This document shows positions 39,101-49,200 of a stretch of 64,000 bases of DNA, in pieces. The notes under the pieces are model-generated. The model was not told the DNA's origin. It did no database searches and saw nothing but the letters and a program-made list of their open reading frames with translations. The first letter of the stretch is position 1. Each line of letters opens with the position of its first letter. The stretch comes from a bacterium. Its GTDB lineage: Bacteria; Zhuqueibacterota; Zhuqueibacteria; Oceanimicrobiales; Oceanimicrobiaceae. The stretch is from NCBI GenBank assembly GCA_046757025.1, contig JBHHXN010000008.1, positions 9,227 to 73,226 on the forward strand, written 5' to 3'. The position numbers and the translations under genes were made by a program.

Positions 39101-39551
39101 AACCGATTACGGTTTCGACATCACGTCCACCGCTGATAAATTGGCCAATTTTCAGGCGGTGGAAAACACCTACCTTTCCACGTTTCAAACCCTCGGCGGC
39201 CTGGGCTTGCTGCTGGGAACTTTGGGTCTGGGATTGATTCTCATCCGCAACGTGGTGGAACGTCGGGGCGAGCTGGCGACCCTGCGAGCGTTCGGCTATC
39301 GCCACCGGACGCTGGCTTTCATGGTGCTCGCTGAAAACGGTTTCCTGCTCATCCTGGGAATCGGCATGGGAACCTTTTCCGCCGTGATTGCGGTGTTGCC
39401 CCACATCTGGAGCCGCGCTTCGCAGGTGCCCTATCTTTCTCTTGCGATCATCCTGATAGCGGTTTTTAGCGTGGGCATGTTGGCCAGCCTGGGAGCGGTG
39501 CGCGCGGCGTTAAAAATCCCACTGCTCCCTGCTTTGAAAGTGGAAGGGTAG
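36138..39551 (+). CDS. Large duplicated FtsX/MacB-type ABC permease (1137 aa)
   Basis: Two FtsX-type motifs (VERRVREIGTLLSVGFS; VVERRGELATLRAFGY) with large periplasmic loops. Confidence 0.88.
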   Translation: MRRSLAYYWRLNLAVVLAAAVATAVLTGALLVGDSVRGSLRDLTLARLGEIDYVLVRQKFLREDLLLDLIQSVGFEKQFDAIASAIFLNGNALHTQSRARASNVNLLAIDEQFLTFYASDSILTHLSAGLKKSAGQNMPSIVINRSLQKELQAKPGDHLLISFPRPSTVARGSLMGRKHTDEVVETVRVIITRVLPDRGVARFGLHPHQTMPLNAFISLPVLQTILPRQDEVNALLLSQRSNTTESDLSAALQHHLSSALTLDDLDLKMTEQETFLLLESRESLLAPPLEELIATVAEDIAAPVLPILTYLANSMRVRERRLPYSTVSALQVSEIPAFGEWTLVNGKPVTELSDDEILLNEWAAHDLRAQPGDKIHIQYYEVGPADQLITNQATFNLKGIVALKGFAVDSTLTPDYPGISDTDDMTEWDPPFAIDLNLIRPVDEAYWDHYRAIPKAFIPAATGEKLWGSRFGKVTSMRIAPAESLDVVETRAVFEKRLLETVRPEQFDYVFQPVKKQGLASSAGATDFSGLFFGFSLFLIVSAALLVGLMFRLGVERRVREIGTLLSVGFSVKMVRKQFLLEGAILAATGAVLGLGGAVFYAGLLMHGLRTWWLSAIGAPFLFLHVQILSLALGASISLTVNLVAIWLSFRKLSKVPPPALLAGVTTEERFSPARRWTKMISLVNLILSVSLTVAAFFVDASAATGLFFGAGAILLIASLSYFSIWLRSPHSTVGWNTGRAPMVRLSFRNTHRNPGRSLLSAALVASACFVIVAVEAFRLDFDQEVLQKDSGAGGFTLAAKADVPLHHDLSTATGRFELGFSDEESQYLQRSHIYACRYLPGDDASCLNLYRVEKPRLLGVPDEFIQRGGFRFQALASSPNDEQNNPWQLLNREIAPDVIPAFGDYNSVKWILHSGLGKDLILTDELGSKIKLRFMGLLQKSIFQSELLISENLFLKHFPNQSGYAYFLMETPPSESDKCAQILEKNLTDYGFDITSTADKLANFQAVENTYLSTFQTLGGLGLLLGTLGLGLILIRNVVERRGELATLRAFGYRHRTLAFMVLAENGFLLILGIGMGTFSAVIAVLPHIWSRASQVPYLSLAIILIAVFSVGMLASLGAVRAALKIPLLPALKVEG

Positions 39552-39667
39552 TTTAAGCCTGATGAAACAGTCCAGAAATAAATCAGATGCCGGATTCGTG
39601 GAGGGAGGGAGAAAAGGAATCGTACTAAATTTGAAAAATTAATGAATTTCAGCCGCAATTTATTTAA

Positions 39668-39809
39668 CCTGACTAATTCACAACTTCGTTGTCATTCAGG
39701 AGGAATCCTTTTAATTAACAGCAGTTTACTTTAATAAAAAGACTCCTCCTGAGTGACAACCGGATTTATGACCAATGACCATAAACCGTGAATTTGGGAA
39801 TTGATCAGG
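39668..39809. mobile_element. MITE flanked by TTAA and containing the GTCATT hairpin repeat
   Basis: TTAA-CCTGACTAATTCACAACTTC ... GAATTTGGGAATTGATCAGG-TTAA (16/20 inverted match); internal GTCATTCAGGAGGA ... CTCCTGAGTGAC. Confidence 0.65.
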
Positions 39810-39878
39810 TTAAAGAAATCTCTACGCCGTCCGGCCTTTGCGTTAAAAGATAAAATCGATCAGTCGAATTTCACAGAA

Positions 39879-42293
39879 TCAGTACTGCAGATCTAATCCC
39901 AGAATAAAATTGCGGCCGGGGGCATTGAACCCGCTGAGATGCTCGCGGTAGTTGCGGTCGAAAATGTTTGCCACCGCTATTTTCAGACTGATTTTTTGGG
40001 AAATCGGCACCTCGGAACGGAAAGTCAGTGTGAACCATCCTAAAGACCCGCCTTCGGGAATACGCAGATCCAGTTGGTCTTCTGCTGACAGCCGGCTCTG
40101 AGCGGAAGAAAATCTCGAATGCAGCTCAGCCCAGAAGTGTTGTCGTTGCCATCGAATTCCCAACAAACCGTTCAGTGGGGGGATGGCGGACAGGGGCTCG
40201 GAATCGGAGACGTTCTGACCGTAAGTGTAGCTGAGATTCCCAAAGAGGAGGAGCTCTGGATTGACGCGATAATTAAAATTTGCAGCCATGCCCGCGGTGT
40301 AGGCTTTGCCGGCATTCTCTTTATGAAAAACGAGCAGCGTATCGCCACCATCCACGACGAAAGCCGAGCCGTTAAATTGGGCGGGCTTGCGGATGAGTAG
40401 ATCGGTGACATAGTTGTAATAACCAAAGAGGTTGCCTTCCAGTTGGCCAGAATGGAATTTCAAACCCAGATCCAAACTCAAAGTTTTTTCGGGTCCCGCG
40501 TCGGGATTGGGCACGTCGTAGAAGCTGGCGCCTTTGCCCGGGCCCAGTTTGGAGACGTCGTCCAGGTTGGGCGTGCGAAATCCCTGGGCCAGATTGAACG
40601 ACAATTTCAAGTTTTCGTTGACAGAGAATTGCGAACCGAGACTACCCGTAAAAGCCGTGGTGGTTTGCTCGATGGTGCCAAAATCAACATCGCGATCGAA
40701 TTCTTCGGCAAACGGCGCTTTTAGTTGGGCTGCGCTGAACCTTCCGCCCACGAAGACCTGCCAGCGTTTTAGCGGCTGAAATGAATCTTGAACGAACAAA
40801 CCGTAGTTGAGAAAAGAGGAGCCGTCTGGAAATAACGGGGTCGTTGTGACTTGTTCTGTGGTCTGAGTATTCAGAGAGTAGGATTTGCTGGAAACCTTGT
40901 CGAAATAGATTTCAGAACCATAAACAAGATGATGGTGCTCTGCGAGAATTTTATTGAATTCCACCTGCAAACCCGTGGTCCACGTCTGAAATTGATCCGC
41001 CGTTTGTTTTTCGCTGCCAAATGTTTGCCGTCGTCTGAGTTCGAACTGTCGGTGGAAAGAAAGCGTGGCTTTGACGTTGTTGAAAAACTTATTTCCGTTT
41101 TGATTGAAATACTGAATATAAGCCAGATCGCGCTCTTGCGGATCGAACAGCCGGATAGAATCTTTCCGGGCTTCCACCACGTCGTAGCGCGGTACAGCAC
41201 TTTGGCGGTTGAGCTGATAAGCCAGCATGAGCTGCTGCGTTTCGGACAGGTTCAGCAACACTTTCGAATTCAAACCAAAGGCATCGTAATCGTTGGGAGA
41301 CTGGGTTTTGTTTAACACACGCTGGGTGCGGGAATCGTTTTGCAGTCGCCGCATTAGCGTTTCGCCCCCCTGGCTGCCTCGGGTAATGTTGCCAAACGAA
41401 CTGAAATATCCCTCCAGCAGCACACCGAATTTTGAGTTGGCGCTCATGAGAGAAAGATGCGTGTTCTGGGTGTGGTCGGCGGTGGACAACCCGCCGCTCA
41501 CCGCGCCGCGGAAATGGTAGCCCCCTTCGCTGTTCAAGATCGGCTGTCTGGTCATGACGTTGATGGCGCCCCCCAGCGCATCGCTGCCGTACATGACTGA
41601 AATCGGCCCGTGCACGATTTCCACCTTTTCGATGGCCCGAGAAGCCACTGTGTTGAGATACTGAATATTCCCACCGCGGTACGTGGCATTGTTCATACGG
41701 ATGCCGTCCACTAAAAACAGCAGTTTGTTGGCTTTCAGTCCGCGAATGATGGGCGAGCCGCCGCCTTGGTTGGTTTTCTGCACCACCACGCCCACCTCTT
41801 CCCGCAGCAGCTCGGGCGTTTGTGCCTGATTCCGTTTTTGAATGGCCTCCGCCCCGACTATGGAAACCAGCTGCGGCACTTCAAAAGCGCGGTTGCGGTG
41901 ACGGGTTGCAGTGAACAGCACCTCGTCAAATTCAATGACTTGGGTAGTCATGCTGATCTGAAATTCCAGGGTTTCGTCCGGACTGATCAGGATGTCTTTT
42001 TTGTGCTGGGTCTGGTAGCCCTGGATTTTGAACGTCAGATCATAACGCCCCGGCGGTATCTTTTCGATCTGAAACTCGCCGGCTGAGTTGGTGACGTCAC
42101 CGCGATTGATGGATTCGATAAACACCTGAACATGCGCCAGCGGCGATCGGCTGTTTTTATCGAGCACCTGCCCGATGATTTTCGCCGTGTGCGTGTCTTC
42201 TGAAAAGACCTGAAAAGGAGATATCAAAAGTGACAGCAAGAACAGCATATCGTGAAAGTGGCGGTTATGCGGTAAACGCTGTAATAGTTTCAT
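39879..42293 (-). CDS. TonB-dependent receptor with an N-terminal carboxypeptidase-regulatory-like domain
   Basis: IIGQVLDK..V..GDVTNSAGEF, IEKVEIVHGP.SVMYGSDALGGAIN, GFRTPN and APGRNF...Y. Confidence 0.9.
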   Translation of the reverse strand: MKLLQRLPHNRHFHDMLFLLSLLISPFQVFSEDTHTAKIIGQVLDKNSRSPLAHVQVFIESINRGDVTNSAGEFQIEKIPPGRYDLTFKIQGYQTQHKKDILISPDETLEFQISMTTQVIEFDEVLFTATRHRNRAFEVPQLVSIVGAEAIQKRNQAQTPELLREEVGVVVQKTNQGGGSPIIRGLKANKLLFLVDGIRMNNATYRGGNIQYLNTVASRAIEKVEIVHGPISVMYGSDALGGAINVMTRQPILNSEGGYHFRGAVSGGLSTADHTQNTHLSLMSANSKFGVLLEGYFSSFGNITRGSQGGETLMRRLQNDSRTQRVLNKTQSPNDYDAFGLNSKVLLNLSETQQLMLAYQLNRQSAVPRYDVVEARKDSIRLFDPQERDLAYIQYFNQNGNKFFNNVKATLSFHRQFELRRRQTFGSEKQTADQFQTWTTGLQVEFNKILAEHHHLVYGSEIYFDKVSSKSYSLNTQTTEQVTTTPLFPDGSSFLNYGLFVQDSFQPLKRWQVFVGGRFSAAQLKAPFAEEFDRDVDFGTIEQTTTAFTGSLGSQFSVNENLKLSFNLAQGFRTPNLDDVSKLGPGKGASFYDVPNPDAGPEKTLSLDLGLKFHSGQLEGNLFGYYNYVTDLLIRKPAQFNGSAFVVDGGDTLLVFHKENAGKAYTAGMAANFNYRVNPELLLFGNLSYTYGQNVSDSEPLSAIPPLNGLLGIRWQRQHFWAELHSRFSSAQSRLSAEDQLDLRIPEGGSLGWFTLTFRSEVPISQKISLKIAVANIFDRNYREHLSGFNAPGRNFILGLDLQY

Positions 42294-42580
42294 GATTCAA
42301 AGTTTAACAAAAAGTTTGACCGTTTCCAGATGTGTTGGGATTATCAAGAATAAATTACCCCAAATGACCGTATGGTAAAATACAAAATATCTAAAACAAT
42401 TCAAATAATAAAATGCTTATATTTAAGGTTTTAGTTTCGCTTTGAAACAAAGTGGTTAGCAGTTTTATATGACCTTGTCGTCATCACAGTAAAAAGGTGA
42501 GAAAAACAAAACGCACTCACGCAAAGCTAACTAATTCAAGAATGATTCCAATCATTCTTCAAAGTAAAGTTATGGAGTAT

Positions 42581-43921
42581 CTAAAAGAAAGTATGAAACA
42601 CGTCTTTCAATCCCAGGGCCAGAATGACCGCGATGCCCACCGGAATGACGTATTTGCTCCAGTAAAACCAGAATCGCCCCAGGGGCGTGCCGGAGTTGCC
42701 CTTGTTGGCCTCCAAAAGCGTTTTGCGCAAACCCACCATGTAGGTGAGTCCGAGCAGCACCAGGGCGCTGCCGATTGGCTGCATGGTAGAGCCCCAGATG
42801 AGATCGTTTTTGAGTAAAAAGTCCAGACTGTTCATGGAAACGGTTGCCAGAGCTAATTCAACAGCACCCAACAAAAGGATGGCCTTTTTTCGCGTCCAAT
42901 TTAATTCATCCACCAAAGTGGTAATCAACACTTCGAATGCGGCGACGTTGGAAAGAAAAGCGGCGATGAACAAAAGCGCAAAGAACAGCGCGGCAAAAAC
43001 CACTCCGCCGGAAAGGTTGTTGAAAATACTGGGTACGATGATAAAGGTCAGGGAGGGCCCGCTGTCCAGCTCGAGGCCGAAAGTAAAAGCTGCCGGCACG
43101 ATGACCAGACCGGCAAAAACCGCAGCTAGCCCATCTCCCAAACCCGTTGAAATAGCGTTCAATTTGATGTTAGAATGGTCCGGCAAATAGCTGGCGTAGG
43201 TCAATAGAAAGGTGCCGCCCAAACTCAGAGAGAAAAAAACCTGTCCCAGGGCCGCGGCGGTGACCGAAAAATCGATTTTGCTGAAATCCGGCCACAGGTA
43301 AAATTTTAAACCTTCAGCGGCGCCGGGAGTGGAAAGCGTGCGTACCATCAAGATCAGGAAAATCAAAAATAACAGCGGAATGGCCCATTTGCTGACCTTT
43401 TCCACTCCGCGTTTGATGCCCCAATAGAGCACCACCATCGCCAGAAAGATGACCACAGCCGTGGTTTGAAATTGCCCCCAGAACCCGCCGAGAACGGCGT
43501 CAAAAAACGGCGCCGGTTGAATGTGCGAGATTTTGCCATTCAGGGAAATAAAAAAATATTTCAGCACCCAGCCGACCACCACCGAGTAGTAGGAGGTGGC
43601 CATGAACACCGTGAAGAACAGCAGCCAGCCCACAAACTTACCACCGCGCATGGCGATTTGTGTGAAAGCGCCCAGCGGTCCGCGCCGGGTCATTCGGCCC
43701 AGAGTGAGCTCGGCCATCAGGGCCGGAATGCCAAACACGCTGAGCAGTAAAAAATATACGATCAAAAACGCGCCGCCGCCAAATGCCGCGGCCATGTACG
43801 GAAAGCGCCAGACATTGCCCAGGCCCACGGCCACCCCTATGAAGCTCATGGCGATGCCAAAAGCGGAGCCGAATTTTTGCCGGGTGGCTCGATCTGAGGC
43901 GGCTTCTTTTTGTTTTTCCAT
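42581..43921 (-). CDS. Neurotransmitter:sodium symporter (NSS/LeuT family)
   Basis: GVAVGLGNVWRFPY, GGGAF and GQVFFSLSLG. Confidence 0.92.
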   Translation of the reverse strand: MEKQKEAASDRATRQKFGSAFGIAMSFIGVAVGLGNVWRFPYMAAAFGGGAFLIVYFLLLSVFGIPALMAELTLGRMTRRGPLGAFTQIAMRGGKFVGWLLFFTVFMATSYYSVVVGWVLKYFFISLNGKISHIQPAPFFDAVLGGFWGQFQTTAVVIFLAMVVLYWGIKRGVEKVSKWAIPLLFLIFLILMVRTLSTPGAAEGLKFYLWPDFSKIDFSVTAAALGQVFFSLSLGGTFLLTYASYLPDHSNIKLNAISTGLGDGLAAVFAGLVIVPAAFTFGLELDSGPSLTFIIVPSIFNNLSGGVVFAALFFALLFIAAFLSNVAAFEVLITTLVDELNWTRKKAILLLGAVELALATVSMNSLDFLLKNDLIWGSTMQPIGSALVLLGLTYMVGLRKTLLEANKGNSGTPLGRFWFYWSKYVIPVGIAVILALGLKDVFHTFF

Positions 43922-43952
43922 CTGCTAATTGAACGGGGTTAAATTGGCTCGG

Positions 43953-45110
43953 TCAACTGAATACACCGCCGGGTTGTCGGATGATTTTTGATATTTCCAT
44001 CAAAACTTGTTCGATGTCTTCCAGGGTGGTAAAAAAATGCGGCGCGATTCGGATGACCTCGCCCCGTGCCGAAGCGATGATGTTTCTTTCTTTGAGCAAG
44101 GATTCGACTTTGTGCGGGTTTGGCACTTTGATGGCCGTGATGGCGCCTTTTTCGGCGAGATTTTCTGGGCCGGCGTATTCCAGACCCAACTGCCGGGCGC
44201 ATGCCACAGTAAAATCCGACAGGGTCCGAATTCGGGCTTCGATGTTCTGGCTGCCGACTTCGTTGATGATTTGCATGCCGGCCCGTGCCGCGTAGGCGGT
44301 GATCAGCGACGGCGTGCCCGTTTCAAAGCGGCGGCTGTCGTTTGCGAAACTAAGATATTTGCTGTCAAAGGCAAACGGATCGGCCTGACCAAACCAACCG
44401 GTGAGCGCCGGCCGCAACGATTCCACCAGCTCATTTTTTACGTAAAGAAAGGCGATGCCGGGAATCCCCAGCAAATATTTCAGATTACCGCTGATCAGGA
44501 AGTCGATATCCATTTTTCGAACGTCCACCTGACAGACGCCCAGCGATTGGTAAGCATCCACGAACAACCAGGCTCCCCGCTGGTGCACGATTTCTGCGAT
44601 TTTTTGCAGATCCTGTTTGAATCCGTTCTGGTAGTAAATGTGCGTGGCCGATGCGAGTAACGTGGTTTCATCCACGTGGTCGCGATAGGCTTGCAGGGGG
44701 ATGCGGCCATTTTGCAGAGGCAGGTGCGCCACCTGCAGGCCGTATTTTTGATGCGCCAGCCAGACCAGCACCACTGTGGGAAATTCGGCTTCGGTGGTGA
44801 CCACTTTGTTGCGCCGTCCGCTCAAATTTAGTGCGCTGGCCACGGACGCGGTGGCCGCGGAGGCGGAGGTGGAAAGGGCAATTTCGTCCGCTTCGGCGTG
44901 GATGAGTCTGGCAAATTCCTGTTTGGCTTTGAAGACTTCTTCCAGCCAGAGCTCCCAATCCATGCCGGCTGTCTGCCAGCTTTTCAGGTACGCGTCAATC
45001 GACTCACGAACCCGTTTGGACTGCGGACCCTGGGAGCAGTTTGCCACGTGAATTTTCTGCGCCAGAATCGGAAACTCCTGCCGCCAGTTTAAGATTTGTT
45101 CTTCGGTCAT
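43953..45110 (-). CDS. Class V PLP-dependent enzyme (kynureninase/epimerase-like)
   Basis: RQEFPIL, VDAYQSLG, PLP lysine in SGNLKYLLG, RRFETGT and RIAPHFF; no desulfurase catalytic Cys loop. Confidence 0.85.
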   Translation of the reverse strand: MTEEQILNWRQEFPILAQKIHVANCSQGPQSKRVRESIDAYLKSWQTAGMDWELWLEEVFKAKQEFARLIHAEADEIALSTSASAATASVASALNLSGRRNKVVTTEAEFPTVVLVWLAHQKYGLQVAHLPLQNGRIPLQAYRDHVDETTLLASATHIYYQNGFKQDLQKIAEIVHQRGAWLFVDAYQSLGVCQVDVRKMDIDFLISGNLKYLLGIPGIAFLYVKNELVESLRPALTGWFGQADPFAFDSKYLSFANDSRRFETGTPSLITAYAARAGMQIINEVGSQNIEARIRTLSDFTVACARQLGLEYAGPENLAEKGAITAIKVPNPHKVESLLKERNIIASARGEVIRIAPHFFTTLEDIEQVLMEISKIIRQPGGVFS

Positions 45111-45361
45111 GATGGTCGTGTTTAAAGGCTTAAGGTCTGTATTTAAAATGGCAAAATAGAGAGTTGCAAGGATATTTGCAAGGGATATTTCAAATGAATA
45201 CCAGATTTAACAGTATCAATATATTGGAGCAGTATTTTTAAAATCATACGAGATGTAGTTTTTCTTGACTTTTTGAAAGGATTTCTTAAATTATATTGAA
45301 CTGTCCTTTGCATGCGCAAATCCATGAACGCATCGAATCCCAATCCACAATAGCTGAATAA

Positions 45362-46234
45362 ATGAGCACTCTGACATTCTCTGGCCATGAAACCTTTCAC
45401 TGCCGACATTTTTGGTTAAAAAAGGGCTACGATTTCTTGATAAACAATCACCGCTTTGTAAATGATACAGCCGTTGTGGAGTTGGGTGTTGGCAAAAACA
45501 TGGTGACAGCGATAAGGTACTGGTTGCGAGCTTTTGAAATCATAGATGAAAGAGACGAACCACAAAAAATCGCAAATTATTTTTTTGCAAATGATGGTAG
45601 AGATCCGTATTTAGAAAACAATGGGACACTTTGGCTTTTTCACTATTTGCTGGTTACTCGTGCTAGAGCCTCGATTTATTCTCTGGTATTTAATGAATTC
45701 AGAAAAGAGAGAATTGAATTCAACAAGGAACACCTGAATTCGTTCATTAAAAGAAAATGTGAAGAAAACAGCCACGCTTATAATACAAATACCATTAAGA
45801 ATGACATCAATGTTTTTTTGAAGACTTATATTAGACCTCAGAAAAATACAAAAAATATTGAGGATGACTTCTCGGGTTTGCTGATTGATCTGGATTTATT
45901 GCAGCGTTTAGATGGATTTGAGTCAGATTCAGGATCCGGGTTTAAGATAGAAAGTAAAGAGCGGCAAGAAATTCCAACCGAAATCTTCCTGTTTTCCCTG
46001 CTTGATAACGACCAATATGGGAATTCGATTTCTTTTAACGAACTTCTGAATGGTTACAACAGTGTAGGGATGGTTTATGCCATGAATGCGAGTGGTCTGA
46101 TGGCAAAAATCGAAGATGTAATCAGCAAATTTCTAGGAGTCACTTTTACAGAGGATGCTGGTTTAAGAGAATTACAATTTAAAGAAAAACCGGATAAATG
46201 GGAAATTCTAAATCTTTATTACCATGAAAACTAA
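45362..46234 (+). CDS. sspB: DUF4007 family protein, SspB-like
   Basis: FSGHETF..R..WLKKGY, LGVGKNMV.AIRYWL and DPYLE; first gene of a DUF4007-ATPase-PAPS reductase operon. Confidence 0.8.
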   Translation: MSTLTFSGHETFHCRHFWLKKGYDFLINNHRFVNDTAVVELGVGKNMVTAIRYWLRAFEIIDERDEPQKIANYFFANDGRDPYLENNGTLWLFHYLLVTRARASIYSLVFNEFRKERIEFNKEHLNSFIKRKCEENSHAYNTNTIKNDINVFLKTYIRPQKNTKNIEDDFSGLLIDLDLLQRLDGFESDSGSGFKIESKERQEIPTEIFLFSLLDNDQYGNSISFNELLNGYNSVGMVYAMNASGLMAKIEDVISKFLGVTFTEDAGLRELQFKEKPDKWEILNLYYHEN

Positions 46235-49200
46235 TTTTAGTCCTTCGATCAATATTATCAGAGACATCGACAAGGATTTCAACTATATTCCCACTCCAAA
46301 TGCTCACCGCATCTTCAAGCAAATAATAAGCGACTTCAAAGTAGGGATTCACTCATTCAATATTATTGGTTCCTACGGTACCGGTAAATCTGCTTTCCTA
46401 CTTGCTTTCGAAAAAACGCTCAATGGTGATAAAACTTATTTCGAACCCATTGACGGTCAACTCAATGGATTGAGAAATTTTCGTATTTTAAATCTAGTAG
46501 GGAAGTATGATTCCATACTTAAGACTTTTGCGGATTATTTGAACGTTAACCAAGGAGTGTGGTCCACAGATATAATATTTGACAAGCTCGACGCTTACTA
46601 TCAAGAAGCACAAAGCAAAAATGTGTTACTGGTTATTGTCATTGACGAGTTCGGCAAATTCTTGGAGTACGCCGCGGTACATAATCCAGAAAAGGAACTT
46701 TATTTCATTCAACAGCTTGCTGAATATGCAGCCGACAAGAACATCATTTTTATCACGACGCTACATCAGAGTTTTGGTTCTTACTCCCAGCGTCTGTATA
46801 GAAATCAGCAGCAAGAGTGGGAGAAGGTTAAGGGACGGCTCAAAGAGCTAACCTTTAATGAGCCAGTTGAGCAGCTCTTGTTTCTTGCGGCTCGCCAAAT
46901 TGAAAGCAAGAACAGATTTGAGACAAATGCCAATATACCCGAATTAATCGAAATAGTAAAAGCCTCAGATGCTTTCCCTCTCCAAGGCGACCTATCGTTA
47001 GAGTTAGCTAAGGAACTCTTTCCTTTAGATATTGTCTCCGCTGCGGTTTTAACTTTAGCGCTTCAGAAATACGGCCAAAACGAGCGTTCTCTGTTTACAT
47101 TTCTAGAATCAAACGAATATCGAGGCATAAATGACTTCGATGACCGGAATAGTCCGTTCTACAACCTGAGCAATGTTTTCGATTACTTATTGCATAACTA
47201 TTATTCGTTTCTCTCAACTAAATATAATCCTCACTACGTGCAGTGGTCTGCAATCAAGAAAGCCATTGAACGAGTTGAAGGTCATTTCGATAAGGAACTC
47301 AGGGATGCGTTAAAGTTAGTTAAGACCATTGGCTTACTCAACATCTTTGGAAAAGAGTCAGCGAGACTTAACTTAGATTTCCTTTCAGCGTACGCACGGA
47401 TCTGTCTTGGGGTAGAGGATCCGAAGTCAGTTCTTAATAAGTTAGCATCTAAGAAAATCATTCGGTATGTAAAGTTCAAAAACAAGTTCGTTTTGTTTGA
47501 AGGGACCGACTTAGATATCGAATTAGCCATATCAGAAGCTTCTAACAAAATTGAACCAATAGGCGAAATAGTTTCTGCACTTAGAAAGTACTTTGCTTTC
47601 CCATACATCTCTGCCAAAGCTGTCCACTACAAATATGGCACCCCTCGCTTTTTTAAATTTGAATTGTCAGAACAGCCGATTGACAAAGTCCCTGTCGGTG
47701 AGGTGGACGGAATCATTAATCTTATTTTTTCTGAAAAGCTTTCAGAACAAGACATAATCGAATTTTCGCAGAAAGTAGAGCAGGCCATCTTATTTGGGTT
47801 TTATAGAAATACGAAGTCAATTAAGGAGATTCTGTCAGAAATCGAGAAAATAAGATATGTGATAAACTCAATTGCAGACGACAGAGTGGCTTTTAGAGAA
47901 TTAAAAAACGCGCTTTCCCATCAAATAGAGCAATTGAACGCTCAGGTTCTCAACAAACTTTATTCAAAAGACGATGATGTGATGTGGTTTTTCAACGGTG
48001 CGAAAATACATATAGCAAACAGAACAGAGTTTAACAGTTGGCTTTCGAAGATTTGTGGACAAGTTTATGACGCTACGCCGGTATTTCAAAATGAGCTGGT
48101 GAATCGACATAGGCTTTCATCTTCCATAACTTTAGCCAGGAAGAACTTCTTTCAGGCGCTGCTGAACAACTGGGAGATACCAGATCTCGGTTTGCCGAAA
48201 GACAAGTTTCCAGCCGAGAAAACCATCTACTTCACGCTGATCAAAAGAACCGGAATTCACCAGGGGAAAAATGGTAAATACTTTCTTTCGTACCCGCAAG
48301 AAGAATCTTTCCGAGAACTTTGGCAGAAGAGCCAGGAATTCCTAAATAGTGCGAAAGTCAGCCGGAAGAGTCTATCGGAGTTTGAGGAAATGCTGGCTGC
48401 AAAGCCTTTCAAACTCAAACACGGCTTTATTGAGTTTTGGTTGCCGCTATTCTTGTTCATCAAGAAGGACGATTTTGCACTTTTCGGCGAGAATGGTTAC
48501 ATTCCCTTTCTCACGCCCGAAGTCATCGAATTGATCATCAAGAAGCCCCACAAGTTTCAGATAAAAACGTTTGACGTCACCGGAATCAAACTGGATCTGT
48601 TTAACAAATATCGGACGCTACTGCAGAAGCACAGCGAGAACCGTTTTTCGAACCAGAGTTTTATCGACACGATCAGACCTTTTCTTACGTTTTACAAAGA
48701 ACTGCCGCAGTACACGCGCAAGACGAAAAGACTATCGAAACCCGCCGCAGCTCTACGAGAAGCCATCGAAAATGCCACGGACCCTGAGAAGACTTTTTTT
48801 GAGAATTTTCCAAGAGCTTTGGGTTATGCGAATGTAGATTTGCGTGAGGACGACAGCCTTCTGGAGGATTTTATTGTTCAGCTCCAAAATGCCATCAGGG
48901 AATTGAGAGGCTGTTTCGACAGTCTGGTAGACCGCGTTGAAGCGCATTTTTTGCAGGAGCTTGATTGCGCAAATCTGCCTTTTCCAGAATACAAGAACGA
49001 AATAGAAAAACGCTACCGATCTCTCAAGCGACATTTGTTGCTGCCTCATCAGAAAACGTTTTATGTTAGATTGCAATCGGAATTAGAAGATCGGAGGGCG
49101 TGGATTAATTCGCTCGTTCACGCTGTGATTGGCAAGACTTTGGACACGCTCAAAGACGAGGAAGAAGAAATCGTTTTTGACAGGCTTAGCCAGGTTTTGA

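Noticed and set aside
13339..39551. RiPP or PQQ biosynthesis reading of the large cluster
   Set aside because: No precursor peptide with an RBS, no PqqD/RRE and no SPASM-type radical SAM enzyme were seen; the radical SAM enzyme is HemN-like.
39879..42293. Canonical heme receptor
   Set aside because: FRAP/NPNL-like motifs are present (FRTP, NPDA) but there is no His between them, so the substrate is left unassigned.
43953..45110. Class V PLP gene as the sspA cysteine desulfurase of the adjacent ssp operon
   Set aside because: It lacks the catalytic Cys loop (IASARGEVIR in place of S.GSAC or R.GHHC), is divergently transcribed, is GC-richer than the island and is paired with a transporter.
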